The translations under genes were made by a program, and so were the position numbers. Below are positions 1 to 21,378 of a stretch of DNA of 64,000 nt, piece after piece (within the stretch, counting starts at the first letter, position 1; the number at the start of each line of letters is the position of its first letter). The notes below the pieces were generated by a model. That model saw nothing but the letters and a program-made list of their open reading frames with translations, ran no database searches and was not told the DNA's origin. The stretch is taken from the NCBI RefSeq assembly GCF_009914755.1, contig NC_060948.1; one strand, given 5' to 3'. The DNA is from the human T2T-CHM13v2.0 reference genome, Homo sapiens.

Positions 1-185
1 AGGGCACAATCCACATTGTGAGGTCCAACTGCTGCCAGGAAGACAGGAGTGCTTTTACATAGACCGAAAGGTCATTGAAGGCTCAGAGTTTTGTTTCAAG
101 AACTGAATCCCAAGCCCACACGTTATTAGGCTGCGCTTCTTAAAACAAGTTATGAGATGGGAAAAAGGGCACCCACAAACATACG
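1..185. repeat. End of the HSATI-type segment of a partial unit
   Basis: Near-identical to 2420-2604 and to the same position in every later unit. Confidence 0.8.
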
Positions 186-2030
<1,845 letters not shown>

Positions 2031-2604
2031 AGATCCATATTTTTTAAATGAAAAAAAATTTCAAAGGTACTCTGCTTGGTACAATAATCAAATGTATAAA
2101 CTGAGGAATAAAACATAACCATGAAACCTACTTATAACTGCATATGGAAAATACAGAGGATAATTTTTTAAATAACATATTTTGAAAGCCTTAACTAGTA
2201 ATTTGAAGAGTTGGCATTTGAAAGGCCAATATGAATATACCTTCAAAGCAGCAACACAGGTTCCCCATGAGAAAAAGCAAACACAGGGAAAATAAAAACA
2301 CAAAGGTTCAATCTCTTCTGACCTTTGAAAGACACAGCACAGACAGTGGTCCTTAGGACGAAGAGCAGGAGACCCCTAATTCCGTCACCATGGCGATAGG
2401 GCATAAACATTGCTGGGTGAGGGCACAATCCACATTGTGAGGTCCAACTGCTGCCAGGAAGACAGGAGTGCTTTTACATAGACCGAAAGGTCATTGAAGG
2501 CTCAGAGTTTTGTTTCAAGAACTGAATCCCAAGCCCACACGTTATTAGGCTGCGCTTCTTAAAACAAGTTATGAGATGGGAAAAAGGGCACCCACAAACT
2601 TACG
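2031..2604. repeat. HSATI-type subunit (~570 bp), representative copy; follows each Alu
   Basis: Higher-complexity segment (AGATCCATATTTTTTAAATG...GGCACCCACAAAC) between the Alu 5' end and the next AT tract, highly conserved among units. The HSATI name is assigned from known DYZ2 structure, not from an alignment; boundaries are approximate. Confidence 0.75.
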
Positions 2605-4134
2605 TATACATTATGTATATAATAATATACAGTATCATATATATAATATATATAACCTATGTATAATATTGTTTTACATCCTGCATCTTATGTTATATAT
2701 ATTGTATAAAATATAATAATTGATAATATATAAGTTTTATAATTATACAATATGACATATAGTATATATTATAATTTATGACATATATAATATATGTTAT
2801 ATGTCATATATAGAATATATTATACGGTTAACATACGTATTAAATATAAATTATACATTATATATATTATATATAATATATCTGTTATATGTAATACCCA
2901 TTATGCATAATATATATATTATGTCTATGTTATATATAGTATAAAACAACATATAATAATATATAATTGTATATATAAAATGCGATATATAATATATATT
3001 ATATTTTATAACATATGTAATATATATTATATATTATATATAATACGTTGTATGTATAATACCTATATTAAATATATATTATATGACTATGTTATTAATT
3101 ACATGTCACATGTGTTATATATTATATATTTTACATAGAATATACTGGTTACATACAATATATACTATGTTACCTATAATGTATAATTGATTACATGTAA
3201 AATAAAGAATGCAATATATTATGTAAAATTTATAATATACCATATGTGGAATGTCATATATATAACATATAATATATGATATATGATATACAGTATATGA
3301 TATATAACATACAATATATGATTCCTAATATATATGGTATACAATATATATTTTATGATATGTATTCTATATGTTTTATATTCTGTTATATATAACTATT
3401 TGAAATTATATATAACTGTATAATATTTTATGTAAATATGTAATATAATATATATAATATATAATATATTATATATAACTATATATTATGTTATATATAC
3501 TTTTATAACATAATTTACATAAAATATCATAATATAATATATATTATATTATTTCATATTACATAATATATATTACATATCACCCAATATAACTAACATA
3601 CATAATATTATAATATAGATTATATTATGTTATATTAAATATCATATATATCATGTATCATATATTCTATAATATATATTACACATTATATAATATGTAT
3701 GTTGTCTATTATGTGATATATATAACTATATATATAATTATATTTTTATACATATAACTAGATAAACATGTAATTCTACATATTTTCATTTATAATATGT
3801 AGAATTATATAATCATATATAATTATTTATATTCTATAAAAAATTTTATCATTATATAAATTATAATATATAAAAATTATAATATGTACTACAAATATAT
3901 ATATTATATATCATATATGATATAGTACCTTTGTTATATATCATAATACATATAAATGTGTATTATGTTATCTATAATTATATAATTTCATATATAAGAT
4001 GTATAATATGTATCATATATTACATATGTTATGTAATATATATAGTATATATAAGATGACACAGGATAAATATTATATACTATGACATATAAAATATATG
4101 AGGTTATATGTTACATATAAGGCATAGCACATAA

Positions 4135-4449
<315 letters not shown>

Positions 4450-6554
4450 AGATCCATATTTTTTAAATGAAAAAAAATTTCAAAGGTACTCTGCTTGGTA
4501 CAATAATCAAATGTATAAACTGAGGAATAAAACATAACCATGAAACCTACTTATAACTGCATATGGAAAATACAGAGGATAATTTTTTAAATAACATATT
4601 TTGAAAGCCTTAACTAGTAATTTGAAGAGTTGGCATTTGAAAGGCCAGTATGAATATACCTTCAAAGCAGCAACACAGGTTCCCCATGAGAAAAAGCAAA
4701 CACAGGGAAAATAAAAACACAAAGGTTCAATCTCTTCTGACCTTTGAAAGACACAGCACAGACAGTGGTCCTTAGGACGAAGAGCAGGAGACCCCTAATT
4801 CCGTCACCATGGCGATAGGGCATAAATATTGCTGGGTGAGGGCACAATCCACATTGTGAGGTCCAACTGCTGCCAGGAAGACAGGAGTGCTTTTACATAG
4901 ACCGAAAGGTCATTGAAGGCTCAGAGTTTTGTTTCAAGAACTGAATCCCAAGCCCACACGTTATTAGGCTGCGCTTCTTAAAACAAGTTATGAGATGGGA
5001 AAAAGGGCACCCACAAACATACGTATACATTATGTATATAATAATATACAGTATCATATATATAATATATATAACCTATGTGTAATATTGTTTTACATCC
5101 TGCATCTTATGTTATATATATTGTATAAAATATAATAATTGATAATATATAAGTTTTATAATTATACAATATGACATATAGTATATATTATAATTTATGA
5201 CATATATAATATATGTTATATGTCATATATAGAATATATTATACGGTTAACATACGTATTAAATATAAATTATACATTATATATATTATATATAATATAT
5301 CTGTTATATGTAATACCCATTATGCATAATATATATATTATGTCTATGTTATATATAGTATAAAACAACATATAATAATATATAATTGTATATATAAAAT
5401 GCGATATATAATATATATTATATTTTATAACATATGTAATATATATTATATATTATATATAATACGTTGTATGTATAATACCTATATTAAATATATATTA
5501 TATGACTATGTTATTAATTACATGTCACATGTGTTATATATTATATATTTTACATAGAATATACTGGTTACATACAATATATACTATGTTACCTATAATG
5601 TATAATTTATTACATGTAAAATAAAGAATGCAATATATTATGTAAAATTTATAATATACCATATGTGGAATGTCATATATATAACATATAATATATGATA
5701 TATGATATACAGTATATGATATATAACATACAATATATGATTCCTAATATATATGGTATACAATATATATTTTATGATATGTATTCTATATGTTTTATAT
5801 TCTGTTATATATAACTATTTGAAATTATATATAACTGTATAATATTTTATGTAAATATGTAATATAATATATATAACTATATAATATATTATATATAACT
5901 ATATATTATGTTATATATACTTTTATAACATAATTTACATAAAATATCATAATATAATATATATTATATTATTTCATATTACATAATATATATTACATAT
6001 CACCCAATATAAGTAACATACATAATATTATAATATAGATTATATTATGTTATATTAAATATCATATATATCATGTATCATATATTCTATAATATATATT
6101 ACACATTATATAATATGTATGTTGTCTATTATGTGATATATATAACTATATATATAATTATATTTTTATACATATAACTAGATAAACATGTAATTCTACA
6201 TATTTTCATTTATAATATGTAGAATTATATAATCATATATAATTATTTATATTCTATAAAAAATTTTATCATTATATAAATTATAATATATAAAAATTAT
6301 AATATGTACTACAAATATATATATTATATATCATATATGATATAGTACCTTTGTTATATATCATAATACATATAAATGTGTATTATGTTATCTATAATTA
6401 TATAATTTCATATATAAGATGTATAATATGTATCATATATTACATATGTTATGTAATATATATAGTATATATAAGATGACACAGGATAAATATTATATAC
6501 TATGACATATAAAATATATGAAGTTATATGTTACATATAAGGCATAGCACATAA

Positions 6555-6869
<315 letters not shown>

Positions 6870-8974
6870 AGATCCATATTTTTTAAATGAAAAAAAATTT
6901 CAAAGGTACTCTGCTTGGTACAATAATCAAATGTATAAACTGAGGAATAAAACATAACCATGAAACCTACTTATAACTGCATATGGAAAATACAGAGGAT
7001 AATTTTTTAAATAACATATTTTGAAAGCCTTAACTAGTAATTTGAAGAGTTGGCATTTGAAAGGCCAGTATGAATATACCTTCAAAGCAGCAACACAGGT
7101 TCCCCGTGAGAAAAAGCAAACACAGGGAAAATAAAAACACAAAGGTTCAATCTCTTCTGACCTTTGAAAGACACAGCACAGACAGTGGTCCTTAGGACGA
7201 AGAGCAGGAGACCCCTAATTCCGTCACCATGGCGATAGGGCATAAACATTGCTGGGTGAGGGCACAATCCACATTGTGAGGTCCAACTGCTGCCAGGAAG
7301 ACAGGAGTGCTTTTACATAGACCGAAAGGTCATTGAAGGCTCAGAGTTTTGTTTCAAGAACTGAATCCCAAGCCCACACGTTATTAGGCTGCGCTTCTTA
7401 AAACAAGTTATGAGATGGGAAAAAGGGCACCCACAAACATACGTATACATTATGTATATAATAATATACAGTATCATATATATAATATATATAACCTATG
7501 TATAATATTGTTTTACATCCTGCATCTTATGTTATATATATTGTATAAAATATAATAATTGATAATATATAAGTTTTATAATTATACAATATGACATATA
7601 GTATATATTATAATTTATGACATATATAATATATGTTATATGTCATATATAGAATATATTATACGGTTAATATACGTATTAAATATAAATTATACATTCT
7701 ATATATTATATATAATATATCTGTTATATATAATACCCATTATGCATAATATATATATTATGTCTATGTTATATATAGTATAAAACAACATATAATAATA
7801 TATAATTGTATATATAAAATGCGACATATAATATTTATTATATTTTATAACATATGAAATATATATTATATATTATATATAATACGTTGTATGTATAATA
7901 CCTATATTAAATATATATTATATGACTATGTTATTAATTACATGTCACATGTGTTATATATTATATATTTTACATAGAATATACCGGTTACATACAATAT
8001 ATACTATGTTACCTATAATGTATTATTTATTACATGTAAAATAAAGAATGCAATATATTATGTATAATTTATAATATACCATATGTGGAATGTCATATAT
8101 ATAACATATAATATATGATATATGATATACAGTATATGATATATAACATACAATATATGATTCCTAATACATATGGTATACAATATATATTTTATGATAT
8201 GTATTCTATATGTTTTATATTCTGTTATATATAACTATTTGAAATTATATATAACTGTATAATATTTTATGTAAATATGTAATATAATATATATAACTAT
8301 ATAATATATTATATATAACTATATATTATGTTATATATACTTTTATAACATAATTTACATAAAATATCATAATGTAATATATATTATATTATTTCATATT
8401 ACATAATATATATTACATATCACCCAATATAACTAACATACATAATATTATAATATAGATTATATTATGTTATATTAAATATCATCTATATCATGTATCA
8501 TATATTCTATAATATATATTACACATTATATAATATGAGTGTTGTCTATTATGTGATATATATAACTCTATATATAATTATATTTTTATACATATAACTA
8601 GATAAACATGTAATTCTACATATTTTCATTTATAATATGTAGAATTATATAATCATATATAATTATTTATATTCTATAAAAAATTTTATCTTTATATAAA
8701 TTATAATATATAAAAATTATAATATGTACTACAAATATATATATTATATATCATATATGATATAGTACCTTTGTTATATATCATAATACATATAAATGTG
8801 TATTATGTTATCTATAATTATATAATTTCATATATAAGATGTATAATATGTATCATATATTATATATGTTATGTAATATATGTAGTATATATAAGATGAC
8901 ACAGGATAAATATTATATACTATGACATATAAAATATATGAGGTTATATGTTACATATAAGGCATAGCACATAA

Positions 8975-9289
<315 letters not shown>

Positions 9290-11391
9290 AGATCCATATT
9301 TTTTAAATGAAAAAAAATTTCAAAGGTACTCTGCTTGGTACAATAATCAAATGTATAAACTGAGGAATAAAACATAACCATGAAACCTACTTATAACTGC
9401 ATATGGAAAATACAGAGGATAATTTTTTAAATAACATATTATGAAAGCCTTAACTAGTAATTTGAAGAGCTGGCATTTGAAAGGCCAGTATGAATATACC
9501 TTCAAAGCAGCAACACAGGTTCCCCATGAGAAAAAGCAAACACAGGGAAAATAAAAACACAAAGGTTCAATCTCTTCTGACCTTTGAAAGACACAGCACA
9601 GACAGTGGTCCTTAGGACGAAGAGCAGGAGACCCCTAATTCCGTCACCATGGCGATAGGGCATAAACATTGCTGGGTGAGGGCACAATCCACATTGTGAG
9701 GTCCAACTGCTGCCAGGAAGACAGGAGTGCTTTTACATAGACCGAAAGGTCATTGAAGGCTCAGAGTTTTGTTTCAAGAACTGAATCCCAAGCCCACACG
9801 TTATTAGGCTGCGCTTCTTAAAACAAGTTATGAGATGGGAAAAAGGGCACCCACAAACATACGTATACATTATGTATATAATAATATACAGTATCATATA
9901 TATAATATATATAACCTATGTATAATATTGTTTTACATCCTGCATCTTATGTTATATATATTGTATAAAATATAATAATTGATAATATATAAGTTTTATA
10001 ATTATAGAATATGACATATAGTATATATTATAATTTATGACATATATAATATATGTTATATGTCATATATAGAATATATTATACGGTTAATATACGTATT
10101 AAATATAAATTATACATTCTATATATTATATATAATATATCTGTTATATATAATACCCATTATGCATAATATATATATTATGTCTATGTTATATATAGTA
10201 TAAAACAACATATAATAATATATAATTGTATATATGAAATGCGACATATAATATATACTATATTTTATAACATATATAATATATATTATATATTATATAT
10301 AATACGTTGTATGTATAATACCTATATTAAATATATATTATATGACTATGTTATTAATTACATGTCACATGTGTTATATATTATATATTTTACATAGAAT
10401 ATACTGATTACATACAATATATACTATGTTACCTATAATGTATAATTTATTACCTGTAAAATAAAGAATGCAATATATTATGTAAAATTTATAATATACC
10501 ATATGTGGAATGTCATATATTTAACATATAATATATGATATATGATATACAGTATATGATATATAACATACAATATATGATTCCTAATATATATGGTATA
10601 CAATATATATTTTATGATATGTATTCTATATGTTTTATATTCTGTTATATATAACTATTTGAAATTATATATAACTGTATAATATTTTATGTAAATATGT
10701 AATATAATATATATAATATATAATATATTATATATAACTATATATTATGTTATATATACTTTTATAACATAATTTACATAAAATATCATAATATAATATA
10801 TTATATTATTTCATATTACATAATATATATTACATATCACCCAATATAACTAACATACATAATATTATAATATAGATTATATTATGTTATATTAAATATC
10901 ATATATATCATGTATCATATATTCTATAATATATATTACACATTATATAATATGTATGTTGTCTATTATGTGATATATATAACTATATATATAATTATAT
11001 TTTTATACATATAACTAGATAAACATGTAATTCTACATATTTTCATTTATAATATGTAGAATTATATAATCATATATAATTATTTATATTCTATAAAAAA
11101 TTTTATCATTATATAAATTATAATATATAAAAATTATAATATGTACTACAAATATATATATTATATATCATATATGATATAGTACCTTTGTTATATATCA
11201 TAATACATATAAATGTGTATTATGTTATCTATAATTATATAATTTCATATATAAGATGTATAATATGTATCATATATTACATATATTATGTAATCTATAT
11301 AGTATATATAAGATGACACAGGATAAATATTATATACTATGACATATAAAATATATGAGGTTATATGTTACATATAAGGCATAGCACATAA

Positions 11392-11706
<315 letters not shown>

Positions 11707-13807
11707 AGATCCATATTTCTTAAATGAAAAAAAATTTCAAAGGTACTCTGCTTGGTACAATAATCAAATGTATAAACTGAGGAATAAAACATAACCATGA
11801 AACCTACTTATAACTGCATATGGAAAATACAGAGGATAATTTTTTAAATAACATATTTTGAAAGCCTTAACTAGTAATTTGAAGAGTTGGCATTTGAAAG
11901 GCCAGTATGAATATACCTTCAAAGCAGCAACACAGGTTCCCCGTGAGAAAAAGCAAACACAGGGAAAATAAAAACACAAAGGTTCAATCTCTTCTGACCT
12001 TTGAAAGACACAGCACAGACAGTGGTCCTTAGGACGAAGAGCAGGAGACCCCTAATTCCGTCACCATGGCGATAGGGCATAAACATTGCTGGGTGAGGGC
12101 ACAATCCACATTGTGAGGTCCAACTGCTGCCAGGAAGACAGGAGTGCTTTTACATAGACCGAAAGGTCATTGAAGGCTCAGAGTTTTGTTTCAAGAACTG
12201 AATCCCAAGCCCACACGTTATTAGGCTGCGCTTCTTAAAACAAGTTATGAGATGGGAAAAAGGGCACCCACAAACATACGTATACATTATGTATATAATA
12301 ATATACAGTATCATATATATAATATATATAACCTATGTATAATATTGTTTTACATCCTGCATCTTATGTTATATGTATTGTATAAAATATAATAATTGAT
12401 AATATATAAGTTTTATAATTATACAATATGACATATAGTATATATTATAATTTATGACATATATAATATATGTTATATGTCATATATAGAATATATTATA
12501 CGGTTAATATACGTATTAAATATAAATTATACATTCTATATATTATATATAATATATCTGTTATATATAATACCCATTATGCATAATATATATATTATGT
12601 CTATGTTATATATAGTATAAAACAACATATAATAATATATAATTGTATATATAAAATGCGACATATAATATATATTATATTTTATAACATATGAAATATA
12701 TATTATATATTATATATAATACGTTGTATGTATAATACCTATATTAAATATATGTTATATGACTATGTTATTAATTACATGTCACATGTGTTATATATTA
12801 TATATTTTACATAGAATATACCGTTTACATACAATATATACTATGTTACCTATAATGTATTATTTATTACATGTAAAATAAAGAATGCAATATATTATGT
12901 ATAATTTATAATATACCATATGTGGAATGTCATATATATAACATATAATATATGATATATGATATACAGTATATGATATATAACATACAATATATGATTC
13001 CTAATACATATGGTATACAATATATATTTTATGATATGTATTCTATATGTTTTATATTCTGTTATATATAACTATTTGAAATTATATATAACTGTATAAT
13101 ATTTTATGTAAATATGTAATATAATATATATAACTATATAATATATTATATATAACTATATATTATGTTATATATACTTTTATAACATAATTTACATAAA
13201 ATATCATAATATAATATATATTATATTATTTCATATTACATAATATATATTACATATCACCCAATATAACTAACATACATAATATTATAATATAGATTAT
13301 ATTATGTTATATTAAATATCATCTATATCATGTATCATATATTCTATAATATATATTACACATTATATAATATGTGTGTTGTCTATTATGTGATATATAT
13401 AACTCTATATATAATTATATTTTTATACATATAACTAGATAAACATGTAATTCTACATATTTTCATTTATAATATGTAGAATTATATAATCATGTATAAT
13501 TATATTGTATAAAAAATTTTATCATTATATAAATTATAATATATAAAAATTATAATATGTACTACAAATATATATATTATATATCATATATGATATAGTA
13601 CCTTTGTTATATATCATAATACATATAAATGTGTATTATGTTATCTATAATTATATAATTTCATATATAAGATGTATAATATGTATCATATATTATATAT
13701 GTTATGTAATATATGTAGTATATATAAGATGACACAGGATAAATATTATATACTATGACATATAAAATATATGAGGTTATATGTTACATATAAGGCATAG
13801 CACATAA

Positions 13808-14122
<315 letters not shown>

Positions 14123-16227
14123 AGATCCATATTTTTTAAATGAAAAAAAATTTCAAAGGTACTCTGCTTGGTACAATAATCAAATGTATAAACTGAGGAA
14201 TAAAACATAACCATGAAACCTACTTATAACTGCATATGGAAAATACAGAGGATAATTTTTTAAATAACATATTATGAAAGCCTTAACTAGTAATTTGAAG
14301 AGCTGGCATTTGAAATGCCAGTATGAATATACCTTCAAAGCAGCAACACAGGTTCCCCATGAGAAAAAGCAAACACAGGGAAAATAAAAACACAAAGGTT
14401 CAATCTCTTCTGACCTTTGAAAGACACAGCACAGACAGTGGTCCTTAGGACGAAGAGCAGGAGACCCCTAATTCCGTCACCATGGCGATAGGGCATAAAC
14501 ATTGCTGGGTGAGGGCACAATCCACATTGTGAGGTCCAACTGCTGCCAGGAAGACAGGAGTGCTTTTACATAGACCGAAAGGTCATTGAAGGCTCAGAGT
14601 TTTGTTTCAAGAACTGAATCCCAAGCCCACACGTTATTAGGCTGCACTTCTTAAAACAAGTTATGAGATGGGAAAAAGGGCACCCACAAACATACGTATA
14701 CATTATGTATATAATAATATACAGTATCATATATATAATATATATAACCTATGTATAATATTGTTTTACATCCTGCATCTTATGTTATATATATTGTATA
14801 AAATATAATAATTGATAATATATAAGTTTTATAATTATACAGTAAGACATATAGTATATATTATAATTTATGACATATGTAATATATGTTATAAGTCATA
14901 TATAGAATATATTATACGGTTAATATACGTATTAAATATAAATTATACATTATATATATTATATATAATATATCTGTTATATATAATACCCATTATGCAT
15001 AATATATATATTATGTCTATGTTATATATAGTATAAAACAACATATAATAATATATAAATGTATATATAAAATGCGACATATAATATATATTATATTTTA
15101 TAACATATGTAATATATATTATATATTATATATAATATGTTGTATGTATAATACTTATATTAAATATATATTATATGACTATGTTATTAATTACATGTCA
15201 CATGTGTTATATATTATATATTTTACATAGAATATACCGGTTACATACAACATATACTATGTTACCTATAATGTATAATTTATTACATGTAAAATAAAGA
15301 ATGCAATATATTATGTATAATTTATAATATACCATATGTGGAATGTGATATATATAACATATAATATATGATATATGATATACAGTATATGATATATAAC
15401 ATACAATATATGATTCCTAATATATATCGTATACAATATATATTTTATGATATGTATTCTATATGTTTTATATTCTGTTATATATAACTATTTGAAATTA
15501 TATATAACTCTATAATATTTTATGTAAATATGTAATATAATATATATAACTATATAATATATTATATATAACTATATATTATATTATATATACTTTTATA
15601 ACATAATTTACATAAAATATCATAATATAATATATATTATATTATTTCATATTACATAATACATATTACATATCACCCAATATAACTAACATACATAATA
15701 TTATAATATAGATTATATTATGTTATATTAAATATCATATATATCATGTATCATATATTCTATAATATATATTACACATTATATAATATGTATGTTGTCT
15801 ATTATGTGATATATATAACTATATATATAATTATATTTTTATACATATAACTAGATAAACCTGTAATTCTACATATTTTCATTTATAATATGTAGAATTA
15901 TATAATCATATATAATTATTTATATTCTATAAAAAATTTTATCATTATATAAATTATAATATATAAAAATTATAATATGTACTACAAATATATATATTAT
16001 ATATCATATATGCTATAGTACCTTTGTTATATATCATAATACATATAAATGTGTATTATGTTATCTATAATTATATAATTTCATATATAAGTTGTATAAT
16101 ATGTATCATATATTATATATGTTATGTAATATATATAGTATATATAAGATGACACAGGATAAATATTATATACTATGACATATAAAATATATGAGGTTAT
16201 ATGTTACATATAAGGCATAGCACATAA

Positions 16228-16542
<315 letters not shown>

Positions 16543-18644
16543 AGATCCATATTTTTTAAATGAAAAAAAATTTCAAAGGTACTCTGCTTGGTACAATAAT
16601 CAAATGTATAAACTGAGGAATAAAACATAACCATGAAACCTACTTATAACTGCATATGGAAAATACAGAGGATAATTTTTTAAATAACATATTTTGAAAG
16701 CCTTAACTAGTAATTTGAAGAGTTGGCATTTGAAAGGCCAGTATGAATATACCTTCAAAGCAGCAACACAGGTTCCCCATGAGAAAAAGCAAACACAGGG
16801 AAAATAAAAACACAAAGGTTCAATCTCTTCTGACCTTTGAAAGACACAGCACAGACAGTGGTCCTTAGGACGAAGAGCAGGAGACCCCTAATTCCGTCAC
16901 CATGGCGATAGGGCATAAACATTGCTGGGTGAGGGCACAATCCACATTGTGAGGTCCAACTGCTGCCAGGAAGACAGGAGTGCTTTTACATAGACCGAAA
17001 GGTCATTGAAGGCTCAGAGTTTTGTTTCAAGAACTGAATCCCAAGCCCACACGTTATTAGGCTGCGCTTCTTAAAACAAGTTATGAGATGGGAAAAAGGG
17101 CACCCACAAACATACGTATACATTATGTATATAATAATATACAGTATCATATATATAATATATATAACCTATGTATAATATTGTTTTACATCCTGCATCT
17201 TATGTTATATATATTGTATAAAATATAATAATTGATAATATATAAGTTTTATAATTATACAATATGACATATAGTATATATTATAATTTATGACATATAT
17301 AATATATGTTATATGTCATATATAGAATATATTATACGGTTAATATACGTATTAAATATAAATTATACATTATATATATTATATATAATATATCTGTTAT
17401 ATATAATACCCATTATGCATAATATATATATTATGTCTATGTTATATATAGTATAAAACAACATATAATAATATATAATTGTATATATGAAATGCGACAT
17501 ATAATATATATTATATTTTATAACATATGTAATATATATTATATATTATATATAATACGTTGTATGTATAATACCTATATTAAATATATATTATATGACT
17601 ATGTTATTAATTACATGTCACATGTGTTATATATTATATATTTTACATAGAATATACTGATTACATACAATATATACTATGTTACCTATAATGTATAATT
17701 TATTACCTGTAAAATAAAGAATGCAATATATTATGTAAAATTTATAATATACCATATGTGGAATGTCATATATTTAACATATAATATATGATATATGATA
17801 TACAGTATATGATATATAACATACAATATATGATTCCTAATATATATGGTATACAATATATATTTTATGATATGTATTCTATATGTTTTATATTCTGTTA
17901 TATATAACTATTTGAAATTATATATAACTGTATAATATTTTATGTAAATATGTAATATAATATATATAATATATAATATATTATATATAACTATATATTA
18001 TGTTATATATACTTTTATAACATAATTTACATAAAATATCATAATATAATATATTATATTATTTCATATTACATAATATATATTACATATCACCCAATAT
18101 AACTAACATACATAATATTATAATATAGATTATATTATGTTATATTAAATATCATATATATCATGTATCATATATTCTATAATATATATTACACATTATA
18201 TAATATGTATGTTGTCTATTATGTGATATATATAACTATATATATAATTATATTTTTATACATATAACTAGATAAACATGTAATTCTACATATTTTCATT
18301 TATAATATGTAGAATTATATAATCATATATAATTATTTATATTCTATAAAAAAATTTATCATTATATAAATTATAATATATAAAAATTATAATATGTACT
18401 ACAAATATATATATTATATATCATATATGATATAGTACCTTTGTTATATATCATAATACATATAAATGTGTATTATGTTATCTATAATTATATAATTTCA
18501 TATATAAGATGTATAATATGTATCATATATTACATATATTATGTAATCTATATAGTATATATAAGATGACACAGGATAAATATTATATACTATGACATAT
18601 AAAATATATGAGGTTATATGTTACATATAAGGCATAGCACATAA

Positions 18645-18959
<315 letters not shown>

Positions 18960-21063
18960 AGATCCATATTTCTTAAATGAAAAAAAATTTCAAAGGTACT
19001 CTGCTTGGTACAATAATCAAATGTATAAACTGAGGAATAAAACATAACCATGAAACCTACTTATAACTGCATATGGAAAATACAGAGGATAATTTTTTAA
19101 ATAACATATTTTGAAAGCCTTAACTAGTAATTTGAAGAGTTGGCATTTGAAAGGCCAGTATGAATATACCTTCAAAGCAGCAACACAGGTTCCCCGTGAG
19201 AAAAAGCAAACACAGGGAAAATAAAAACACAAAGGTTCAATCTCTTCTGACCTTTGAAAGACACAGCACAGACAGTGGTCCTTAGGACGAAGAGCAGGAG
19301 ACCCCTAATTCCGTCACCATGGCGATAGGGCATAAACATTGCTGGGTGAGGGCACAATCCACATTGTGAGGTCCAACTGCTGCCAGGAAGACAGGAGTGC
19401 TTTTACATAGACCGAAAGGTCATTGAAGGCTCAGAGTTTTGTTTCAAGAACTGAATCCCAAGCCCACACGTTATTAGGCTGCGCTTCTTAAAACAAGTTA
19501 TGAGATGGGAAAAAGGGCACCCACAAACATACGTATACATTATGTATATAATAATATACAGTATCATATATATAATATATATAACCTATGTATAATATTG
19601 TTTTACATCCTGCATCTTATGTTATATATATTGTATAAAATATAATAATTGATAATATATAAGTTTTATAATTATACAATATGACATATAGTATATATTA
19701 TAATTTATGACATATATAATATATGTTATATGTCATATATAGAATATATTATACGGTTAATATACGTATTAAATATAAATTATACATTCTATATATTATA
19801 TATAATATATCTGTTATATATAATACCCATTATGCATAATATATATATTATGTCTATGTTATATATAGTATAAAACAACATATAATAATATATAATTGTA
19901 TATATGAAATGCGACATATAATATATATTATATTTTATAACATATGTAATATATATTATATATTATATATAATACGTTGTATGTATAATACCTATATTAA
20001 ATATATATTATATGACTATGTTATTAATTACATGTCACATGTGTTATATATTATATATTTTACATAGAATATACTGATTACATACAATATATACTATGTT
20101 ACCTATAATGTATAATTTATTACCTGTAAAATAAAGAATGCAATATATTACGTAAAATTTATAATATACCATATGTGGAATGTCATATATTTAACATATA
20201 ATATATGATATATGATATACAGTATATGATATATAACATACAATATATGATTCCTAATATATATGGTATACAATATATATTTTATGATATGTATTCTATA
20301 TGTTTTATATTCTGTTATATATAACTATTTGAAATTATATATAACTGTATAATATTTTATGTAAATATGTAATATAATATATATAATATATAATATATTA
20401 TATATAACTATATATTATGTTATATATACTTTTATAACATAATTTACATAAAATATCATAATATAATATATATTATATTATTTCATATTACATAATATAT
20501 ATTACATATCACCCAATATAACTAACATACATAATATTATAATATAGATTATATTATGTTATATTAAATATCATATATATCATGTATCATATATTCTATA
20601 ATATATATTACACATTATATAATATGTATGTTGTCTATTATGTGATATATATAACTATATATATAATTATATTTTTATACATATAACTAGATAAACATGT
20701 AATTCTACATATTTTCATTTATAATATGTAGAATTATATAATCATATATAATTATTTATATTCTATAAAAAATTTTATCATTATATAAATTATAATATAT
20801 AAAAATTATAATATGTACTACAAATATATATATTATATATCATATATGATATAGTACCTTTGTTATATATCATAATACATATAAATGTGTATTATGTTAT
20901 CTATAATTATATAATTTCATATATAAGATGTATAATATGTATCATATATTACATATGTTATGTAATATATATAGTATATATAAGATGACACAGGATAAAT
21001 ATTATATACTATGACATATAAAATATATGAGGTTATATGTTACATATAAGGCATAGCACATAA

Positions 21064-21378
<315 letters not shown>

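Noticed and set aside
2100-2300. AATAAA and TATA-like motifs as polyadenylation or promoter signals
   Set aside because: They are expected by chance at this base composition, and there is no associated gene structure.
2088-2428. Recurrent 71-aa and 61-aa minus-strand ORFs in every unit
   Set aside because: They use non-ATG starts, have no recognisable domain, and recur only because the DNA is repeated. The 71-aa ORF is broken by a stop in six units.
14812-15036. I/Y-rich ORFs (also 24484, 46047, 46299)
   Set aside because: These are translations of low-complexity AT sequence, useful only as duplication markers.
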